IMG/VR virus record: IMGVR_UViG_3300012964_000010
Location: 32,001-96,000 of that record
Length of the DNA: 64,000 nucleotides
Reading direction: 5' to 3' (one strand)
DNA from: a virus
The notes under the pieces are model-generated. The model was not told where the DNA came from. It made no database searches and saw nothing but the letters and a program-made list of their open reading frames with translations. How positions within the stretch are numbered: position 1 is the stretch's first letter; each line of letters starts with the position of its first letter. Both the position numbers and the translations under genes were made by a program. Shown one piece after another: positions 57,721 through 64,000 of the stretch.

Positions 57721-58097
57721 TATTTTGTAGTTAGATAAGATTTCATCGCCACCGCACTGAAAAATCTGTCATCCTTCTTAAATCTCTTATTGTTTAAGTA
57801 AAACGGCTTCAATACGATATCACCGTTACACCAATCTCTTTCTGTTTTTATGTAACCTTCTTTTTCTAATCTATTTCTAAATACAGTAAATTCTGGATGA
57901 TCTTCATAATGTATCATTGTCATCGAAGGAGTAGTATCTGCTAACTTTCTCACAAGAAAATCCTCTGATGATTCATTGTTGCGCTGGAGTAGTCGGTATG
58001 ACATTTTTACCATAACATCTGTTATGTATCTCTCATTGATAAGAAATCTTGGAAGTTTCATAATAAAATTTAGGTGAGTGTTTTGCTCTTCGGTCAT
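57720..58097 (-). CDS. Hypothetical protein
   Basis: ORF. Confidence 0.6.
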   Translation of the reverse strand: MTEEQNTHLNFIMKLPRFLINERYITDVMVKMSYRLLQRNNESSEDFLVRKLADTTPSMTMIHYEDHPEFTVFRNRLEKEGYIKTERDWCNGDIVLKPFYLNNKRFKKDDRFFSAVAMKSYLTTK

Positions 58098-58297
58098 TTA
58101 GCTACACGGCGGCTCAAACGGTTTTCGTTAGGTTGTATACCCTACTCTACTTTGCCACACCTTGCCTGATTCATTGCCCATTTTCCCAACACCCGGGAGG
58201 AGATATATTAAGACAGGAATAGAGACAGGTAATTCTTTATGTCCACCTACATATTCCACCGGCATATCTCTTTCTTGGCTGCCTTCTACCTAATAAA

Positions 58298-58678
58298 TCA
58301 ATAAGATTCTAATAGCTGTTTCTTTCTTAGTTCAGCCTGTTGCTTTTTTTCTTCTTTTTCTAAAGCGTGGATGGCTTCGTGCTCTTTCTTTTCAAAGAGC
58401 CTTTGTGTTGCCAGGAGTTGAAAATCTTCCTGCCATTTTCCCTCGTGTAACCAACCATACGTCTCAGTCCAACCAGGTTGCCCACCTATGATACCATATA
58501 CTTCAACGGCATCTTTATTAAGTGGCGGATTAAATCGACTATTCGGTATTGCTTTTTCGTCCTCTGGTAAAACATAGATACGAAATGTTTTGCCGCGAGC
58601 GTGATAACCAGAAACAATGTACAATCTGTCAATTTGCCCTGTAGAAAACAGTTCAGAGTATTCTCTTGCGCCTTGCAT
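58298..58678 (-). CDS. Hypothetical protein
   Basis: ORF. Confidence 0.6.
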   Translation of the reverse strand: MQGAREYSELFSTGQIDRLYIVSGYHARGKTFRIYVLPEDEKAIPNSRFNPPLNKDAVEVYGIIGGQPGWTETYGWLHEGKWQEDFQLLATQRLFEKKEHEAIHALEKEEKKQQAELRKKQLLESY

Positions 58679-58704
58679 GTATGTCTTTCTGTAAACTTAA
58701 AAAA

Positions 58705-58974
58705 TCAATAAAATCTCTTGATTAAATGAAAGCCAAACTGTGTTTCGATTGGTCCGCTTGTATTACCGACATCTAATGCAAAAACTGCATCTTCAAACGG
58801 TTTAACCATTTGACCTCGGTCAAAGAAACCAAGGTGACCGCCCCGTTGTCCACTCGGACATTTGCTAATTTCCCGGGCAAGAGAGTGAAAATCTTCGCCG
58901 GCAATTAATCTTCTCTGTGCTTCAAGTGCTTCTGCCAGGGTGGGTACAAGAATATGGGCTGCATTAACTTTCAT
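58705..58974 (-). CDS. Parvulin-type peptidyl-prolyl isomerase (PpiC-like)
   Basis: AAHILV, S.CPSG..GG.LG.F..GQMV..FE, TQFGFHLI; start trimmed to exclude the tRNA. Confidence 0.92.
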   Translation of the reverse strand: MKVNAAHILVPTLAEALEAQRRLIAGEDFHSLAREISKCPSGQRGGHLGFFDRGQMVKPFEDAVFALDVGNTSGPIETQFGFHLIKRFY

Positions 58975-58992
58975 TGGTGATCCTAAAATAAA

Positions 58993-59071
58993 TGGTCGGA
59001 GATGAGGGATTTGAACTCTCATTATTCCTCGTCCCAAACGAGGTGCCATAACCAGGTTAGGCGAATCTCCG
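58993..59071 (-). tRNA. tRNA-Pro(UGG)
   Basis: CCTCG-TTTGGGA-CGAGG. Confidence 0.92.
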
Positions 59072-59638
59072 AATAAATTCTTCTACATACTTATCGATTA
59101 TATCCATTACTTCATCTTTATATCGACTATGCACATATTGATGATGTGTTGGACATAACGGAACTAAATTTTCTATCCTATCATCGTCGTGGTCCTCATT
59201 GTAATGATGGACTGCAACGATTTTATCTTCTTTACAGACTACACATTCTTTCTTGTGCTGTGTAAAGCACAGAGACTGATATCGTTCTCCAGACCAGTTT
59301 CCGTTATTTATACCAGACCTAAAATGTTTATTAGCGCAACTTCGGGAACAAGTTCCTTTGCTATTCTTATAATCCTTAATGGGCTTTTCACAAACTGCAC
59401 ACTTTATTAAATTTACCGGATTTAAAAAACACGATTTTTCATGCTTCTTAATATTATTACAAATTACATCTGTCTTACAGTATTTACATTCAACATTATA
59501 CAGTCTTTTGGCAAAATCTGCAGGTTTCACATGCCCTTTATAGGACAAATGTGCCTTAAGAGCCTTCTCACTCTTATATACCTTACCATTCTTAGGACTT
59601 GTGTATGTCCCATCAGTATTCTTATATTCTTGCATCAA
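59057..59638 (-). CDS. HNH endonuclease with Zn fingers; stop codon inside tRNA-Pro
   Basis: VHHY.E.H......NLVPLCPTHH; CSRSCAN. Confidence 0.85.
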   Translation of the reverse strand: MMQEYKNTDGTYTSPKNGKVYKSEKALKAHLSYKGHVKPADFAKRLYNVECKYCKTDVICNNIKKHEKSCFLNPVNLIKCAVCEKPIKDYKNSKGTCSRSCANKHFRSGINNGNWSGERYQSLCFTQHKKECVVCKEDKIVAVHHYNEDHDDDRIENLVPLCPTHHQYVHSRYKDEVMDIIDKYVEEFIRRFA

Positions 59639-59689
59639 CTATTTATGCTCTGTGCATAAGTTTTGCTCAAATACTGAACACTGACCAAA

Positions 59690-60082
59690 AATTTCTGCTC
59701 GTCTAAAGTATCCAACCACTTCAGGCTAACGGTTCGGCCCCCGATATGTTTTTTGCTTCCATGGAAAGAACGGTGTTACTATTCACCCGGGTTATCCCTT
59801 AGTGGATCCCACGAAACTGCTGGACGAGTATAGTATAGCCCAGTCATATACTACTTCGATTAACGTCTCGAAACCCGACGGGTATACATCACGCAATATA
59901 CCGGTGCGTGGATTCTATGTTCGAAACAATATTCGAGGCTGTTTCTAACGCTTCAACTCGCGAATCATTTTTAGTGCCATGACTAAGGCAGTTGCATGAG
60001 TTGCCACTATGTCCCTTGTTTAAAGAACCGGTGACTTAGTTCTACCGAAACATTTTTACACCAGTTCGGCATCGGTGCGAAT
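59690..60082 (-). ncRNA. Candidate ~390-nt multi-pseudoknot ncRNA downstream of tRNA-Val
   Basis: No ORF >=60 aa; three H-type pseudoknots and several hairpins. Confidence 0.6.
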
Positions 60083-60085
60083 AGT

Positions 60086-60159
60086 TGGTACCTCGTTGGA
60101 GAATTGAACTCCCGTATCCACCGTGTAAGGATGGCGTTCTACCATTAAACTACCGAGGC
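60086..60159 (-). tRNA. tRNA-Val(UAC)
   Basis: CCATC-CTTACAC-GGTGG. Confidence 0.9.
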
Positions 60160-60603
60160 TTTATATTCTTGCAAATACTTATTTCGTTTTGTTACTTTCT
60201 TGTATCTATTACCCTGCCCTTTGCTGCCAAAGAATTCTGTCTGTGTATGGCAATTTGGACAAAGTAATTTTAAATTTTGTGGTATGTTATTGTCACTGTT
60301 ACCGTCAGTGTGTTCTAATTGTAATGTAAGTGGTTTGTCTTGCCAAGTGGCACCAAGCCCACATTCAAAACATTTCTCACCAAACTTTTCTGCCAGATAC
60401 TTTTTTAAGGCGTCGGGACCGTCGCACTCACCGCGTTCAATCCTTGGTACAGTCTCTGTATACCATCTATATGCCCCATGGCATACATTACCACAAAACT
60501 TATTTGCTTTGCTCCGGCCCCAGTCATTCACACTGTTACAATGTAAACAATTGTATTTCTTGTTACTTCCTTTTATTCCACTCGGCATATCATAGACCTC
60601 CAC
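60145..60603 (-). CDS. HNH homing endonuclease; stop codon inside tRNA-Val
   Basis: EHTDGNSDNN...NLKLLCPNCH; paralog of 56079..56522. Confidence 0.88.
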   Translation of the reverse strand: MEVYDMPSGIKGSNKKYNCLHCNSVNDWGRSKANKFCGNVCHGAYRWYTETVPRIERGECDGPDALKKYLAEKFGEKCFECGLGATWQDKPLTLQLEHTDGNSDNNIPQNLKLLCPNCHTQTEFFGSKGQGNRYKKVTKRNKYLQEYKASVV

Positions 60604-60899
60604 CAGTATTTATCGGTGGCCTATGATTTATGTCTCTATTTTACCCTTTATTATCGCTGCTGTCAACTCTACCTCGTCCAACACACCACCTAATAAAGTA
60701 ATGCTCGATATAGATTCGTATATCTCAGTCATTTCCCAACTTCCATTAGCAAAAACAAAATCCATATGTCTCACTGGGCCCGAGAGGCTACACCATCCCC
60801 ATGTGATATAGTTATTATCTATTGCAGCCTTAAGTGACGGAAGATATTTTCTCGGAAAACCATTACACGAGATGCTATCCAGGTTGGCTGGCCAAGCTA

Positions 60900-61190
60900 T
60901 TAAACCTTACCTTCCAATCTCAGCACTAAAAAATCATCCTCGTCGAATTCTCCTTCTCCTTCGCAGAATTCACAGGATTCCCAGCATTCTGTATATCCAG
61001 AAGGATAAAGCCTTGCAATCATTACTTCTCCCGTACCATAACATTCAGGACAATCGTGCTTTTTCATATTCATAAGGTGTTGTAGTTTATCGAAATCTCC
61101 GGACCGTGTGGGTGCATCGATAACACTTGCAGGCCTTTCACCTACCCAGATATATTGTTTCCAATAGTGACCATTGCTTCCGCCAGACAA
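60900..61190 (-). CDS. Small protein with DnaJ-type CxxCxGxG motifs
   Basis: CPECYGTG, CEFCEGEG. Confidence 0.55.
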   Translation of the reverse strand: MSGGSNGHYWKQYIWVGERPASVIDAPTRSGDFDKLQHLMNMKKHDCPECYGTGEVMIARLYPSGYTECWESCEFCEGEGEFDEDDFLVLRLEGKV

Positions 61191-61262
61191 AAACTACAAC
61201 AATGTATTTAAATCAATGTGCATGCCATTCAATTAAAAATTGAATTTCTCTATTCCATAAAT

Positions 61263-61363
61263 TGGTTGGCGCAAGTGAAATCGCATCACCAAGCCCGATT
61301 ATGTCTTCTGCGCATTATGCACAAAACCGGCTGAGGCTTCCTCAGTACCTAGGATATACGCCA
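61263..61363 (-). ncRNA. tRNA-like RNA with acceptor stem, T arm and ACCA end but non-canonical interior
   Basis: TGGCGTA/TGCGCCA-ACCA; GGTGA-TGCGATT-TCACT. Confidence 0.65.
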
Positions 61364-61368
61364 TTATG

Positions 61369-61453
61369 TGGTGCCCCAGAGGAGACTCGAACTCCTACGC
61401 CTTTCGGTGCTGGAACCTAAATCCAGTGCGTCTACCAATTCCGCCACCGGGGC
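61369..61453 (-). tRNA. tRNA-Leu(UAG)
   Basis: CTGGA-TTTAGGT-TCCAG, type II arm. Confidence 0.93.
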
Positions 61454-61487
61454 AAATACAACACTAATTATAGTGCGCTATCACTAT

Positions 61488-61682
61488 TTATGCAACCTTA
61501 TCTTTATTTCTTTCTTCCCATGAGATATTGGTAATAGTGCAGGTTTCATCGCCATTGACATGAAAATCGAGGGTGTCTCCTTCACGCCAATCCATTTGTT
61601 TCATCATTTCTTCCGAAAATGGTAAAACGGCATTACCTTCCTCATCTTCCTCAACTGTTACTACCCATTTATTTGAGTCCAT
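61488..61682 (-). CDS. AbrB/MazE-like small protein
   Basis: LPFSEEMMKQMDWREGDTLDF. Confidence 0.6.
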   Translation of the reverse strand: MDSNKWVVTVEEDEEGNAVLPFSEEMMKQMDWREGDTLDFHVNGDETCTITNISWEERNKDKVA

Positions 61683-61723
61683 AAAACCTCTTTATATCAT
61701 CCTTCTATAGTTTGCTAATTCCA

Positions 61724-61924
61724 TTATTGTCCCATTCTATCTGGATTAATTGTCCAACTATATTCAATATCAATCTTACGTAAACGCTCAACCTCATTTG
61801 CGGCTTCTTCGAGCAAATCTGCCAACCGATCTTCTTTCCCTTCTTGCACACTTTTTCGTGAAGGTATCTGGCGACGTATCTCGGCACGTTTGCGAAGACG
61901 GTAGACTAAATCTTGTTCATTCAT
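61724..61924 (-). CDS. Conserved small phage protein
   Basis: LVYRLRKRAEIRRQI...DRLADLLEEAA. Confidence 0.7.
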   Translation of the reverse strand: MNEQDLVYRLRKRAEIRRQIPSRKSVQEGKEDRLADLLEEAANEVERLRKIDIEYSWTINPDRMGQ

Positions 61925-62229
61925 TTTTTAATTCCGATGTCAACGCCAAATACTTCTTCCAAATCCCAGATAGCATCGCTGGTCTGTTCATTGCCTTCGC
62001 CTGTTACTAAAACTTTCACACATTCAGCAACAATCAATTCAGCAAACTTTTCCAATGCACCAGATATTTCTGTGTACGGATAAACTTCAGCGGATTTATT
62101 CACCACGGGTTTGACAACACGCCCGATTCTTGCCTCGATTATAAGTTCTTTAATTCGTTCATTCATATATGGACTCTTGCCAATTTTCCATTTGTGCATC
62201 AGTGAGCTCATGGTATACAATGTAGTCAA
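61921..62229 (-). CDS. Hypothetical protein (start probably MNERIKEL)
   Basis: EKFAELIV.EC motif. Confidence 0.6.
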   Translation of the reverse strand: MTTLYTMSSLMHKWKIGKSPYMNERIKELIIEARIGRVVKPVVNKSAEVYPYTEISGALEKFAELIVAECVKVLVTGEGNEQTSDAIWDLEEVFGVDIGIKK

Positions 62230-62374
62230 ACCCGTTACACGCTTCTAAAATTTTATGCAGGTCTCGTGGGCTAATACTATGCCCTTCCCACACCGATTCA
62301 CCATCCCATGCCACAACTGTCCAATCGCACGAGCCTAGGCTATTGGTTATAACTCTTACACCTGTTGTCATCAT
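62159..62374 (-). CDS. Hypothetical protein
   Basis: ORF in operon. Confidence 0.5.
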   Translation of the reverse strand: MMTTGVRVITNSLGSCDWTVVAWDGESVWEGHSISPRDLHKILEACNGFDYIVYHELTDAQMENWQESIYE

Positions 62375-62562
62375 TCTTCTCCAAAGATTGCACGGCCTGC
62401 TTTAGGTGGAAAAGTATTACCCCAATCGGCTATATGCTGTTCATCGTCGGTTTGATTTTCACCTTTTGCTGATCCGATGTAATACTTGATACCATCATAC
62501 TCGGTCTGTACCTTAACAATGCCGATATATCCAAACCAGGTCGAATTTAATATCTTATTCAT
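62371..62562 (-). CDS. Hypothetical protein
   Basis: ORF in operon. Confidence 0.55.
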   Translation of the reverse strand: MNKILNSTWFGYIGIVKVQTEYDGIKYYIGSAKGENQTDDEQHIADWGNTFPPKAGRAIFGEE

Positions 62563-62840
62563 CCTGCAGTATCTGCAGCGATTTCTGTTTCGCCGCTCAT
62601 GTTTCTGACCTTATTCTTTAGCCTATCTGCGATCAGATCAGCTTCATCATATTCCATAACTACCTGGCCGACCTGATACTTTGAACGTCTCTCAACTGCT
62701 CTTTTCACAAAGTTCTCAGCTTCATATTGAGCTCTAAATTTTGCAACCGTTCTCCAAAATGAAAAGAACGAAGATTCATTCTTCCTCTTGACAACAAAAG
62801 GCGTTTCGTCGCTTCTTCCAATAACAATCTTGTATTTCAT
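62559..62840 (-). CDS. Hypothetical protein
   Basis: ORF in operon. Confidence 0.5.
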   Translation of the reverse strand: MKYKIVIGRSDETPFVVKRKNESSFFSFWRTVAKFRAQYEAENFVKRAVERRSKYQVGQVVMEYDEADLIADRLKNKVRNMSGETEIAADTAG

Positions 62841-63229
62841 CTATTAATTATCCTATGCGGTTTATTTTGTTTCTTTGAATAACGAATTGTATACCATGTG
62901 CCACTCTTTGCTTCTTCAAGGTCCCGCAATGGCGCACCGATAAGATATTCTGTTTCATCTACGATATTTCTATCTCTAACCAGATATTCAAATGGTTGGC
63001 GGAATTCGTTGCCTTGCTTATAAGCACGCATATATGTCCGGTTTGGTGGATGTATAATAATCTTTACCTGCGGAAAGAATTCTCGCACAATGTCGTGTGC
63101 TTCAGCATCTGCACCCAAGCAATCACCATGATGAAACTCAGTTGGGTTAAGTTCAGATAACAGAAGAACAAGCTGTTCTTTCTGATGCTGATTCATTCCT
63201 TCACGAGTACCGGTAAATCCTACTTTCAT
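62837..63229 (-). CDS. SLOG-superfamily (Smf/YspA-like) protein
   Basis: FTGTREG, HGDCLGAD, RDRNIVD, SGTWYT. Confidence 0.7.
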   Translation of the reverse strand: MKVGFTGTREGMNQHQKEQLVLLLSELNPTEFHHGDCLGADAEAHDIVREFFPQVKIIIHPPNRTYMRAYKQGNEFRQPFEYLVRDRNIVDETEYLIGAPLRDLEEAKSGTWYTIRYSKKQNKPHRIINR

Positions 63230-63269
63230 GATATCGATTATCTATTTGCGTATTCTGTGCACTTACATT

Positions 63270-63752
63270 TTAAGGTAAAGGTGCAATGATGTCAATTAGA
63301 AGTTGTGCATTGTACCGATCAATAAAAAAGGACGGAGATTTAATTTCTCCGTAATATCTGTACCAATTGGGTTTTTCATTAAGTTTAGAAGATATTCGAT
63401 TGATACTTAATTCAATTTCTTTTCGAGAAGGTGTCCAAGGATAGCGAACAAGAGGATATGGCACATTATCAAATATAGACGAATCACGAATGGTAATATT
63501 AAAATTTCGTTTTAATAATTCTTCAGTAAGCCTATCGTAACGTTCTTTAATAAACGCTATCTTGTTATAGAAGAATCGTACATGCCCAGTTCCAAACACA
63601 TATTCAAATGAACTGTTTTCAGAGAAATTTATACCACAGTATGCATTATATGCTTTTGTTGCTGCGGTAGGAATTCTGGCAATCTCTCTCCATTCAGCAA
63701 AAAGATGCTGATCGGCCAGGTCTTCGACCTCTACTAAATTAATACGTGTCAT
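63270..63752 (-). CDS. denV: Pyrimidine-dimer DNA glycosylase (endonuclease V)
   Basis: MTRINLV, LADQHL.AE.REI, GTGHVRFFYNK. Confidence 0.92.
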   Translation of the reverse strand: MTRINLVEVEDLADQHLFAEWREIARIPTAATKAYNAYCGINFSENSSFEYVFGTGHVRFFYNKIAFIKERYDRLTEELLKRNFNITIRDSSIFDNVPYPLVRYPWTPSRKEIELSINRISSKLNEKPNWYRYYGEIKSPSFFIDRYNAQLLIDIIAPLP

Positions 63753-63799
63753 GTTTTTCCTTACCGCCCCATTGCAATTTAAATAGGACAGCATCTGTT

Positions 63800-63876
63800 T
63801 GGTGCGATATCGGAGAATCGAACTCCGGATTCATGGGTTTAGAGTGCCCAGCCGTTTACCACTAACTTAATATCGC
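63800..63876 (-). tRNA. Atypical tRNA with 9-nt anticodon loop containing CUCUAAA (possible amber suppressor)
   Basis: GCGATAT/ATATCGC-ACCA; canonical T arm; TGGG-CACTCTAAA-CCCA. Confidence 0.7.
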
Positions 63877-64000
63877 ATATGCATTCCAGCTCGCAACTTC
63901 TGGCCCAGGCTGTTATTGAATTTACAATAGACAGATGTCTTATATGGCAGGATCTATGCGCATTCACACTCAATGCATATATGTATTGTATTAAATATAC

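Noticed and set aside
58975-59049. N-terminal extension of parvulin
   Set aside because: It is translated tRNA-Pro sequence; the real start is 58974
59690-60082. tmRNA, standard or permuted
   Set aside because: Tandem pseudoknots and a GGGGGCCGA segment are suggestive, but there is no T arm with CCA, no matching acceptor strand and no recognisable tag peptide
1489-62010. Most short plus-strand ORFs in the track
   Set aside because: Antisense shadows of minus-strand genes or tRNAs; only 8136..8507 and 39640..40311 have promoter or SD support
1-64000. Genome-wide stop-codon recoding
   Set aside because: Core genes are full length in code 11 and several genes end in TAG or TGA
1-64000. CRISPR array
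   Set aside because: No regularly spaced direct repeats seen

Overview
Segment of a large T4-related, jumbo-type myophage genome, AT-rich and almost entirely on the minus strand. 1-33 kb is a conserved core. It holds the replication/recombination genes (gp41 helicase, gp61 primase, mini-DnaE, UvsW, UvsY, UvsX, gp32) and the packaging/morphogenesis genes (gp17, gp4, tail tube, tail sheath, neck). 33-64 kb is accessory: rIIA/rIIB, about 18 dispersed tRNA genes (several atypical), HNH endonucleases, and RNA-repair/translation-rescue and ADP-ribose-reversal genes (RNA ligase, Pth2, NADAR, ADP-ribosylglycohydrolase). The best candidate for an undescribed system is a DUF2828 (Ro60/TROVE-vWA-like) gene with three copies of a shared RNA stem motif. 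One copy carries a circularly permuted tRNA elbow (Y RNA/YrlA-like architecture) and one abuts the gene's own ribosome-binding site. Other candidates: a ~390-nt multi-pseudoknot ncRNA; a ~145-nt ncRNA carrying a 12-nt complement to the 3' end of an odd CUA-loop tRNA; a ~195-nt closed ncRNA; an unannotated ArfA-like peptide; and a shared M[KR][LI]xE N-terminal motif on late-expressed enzymes. All calls come from reading motifs by eye. No database searches or folding programs were run.
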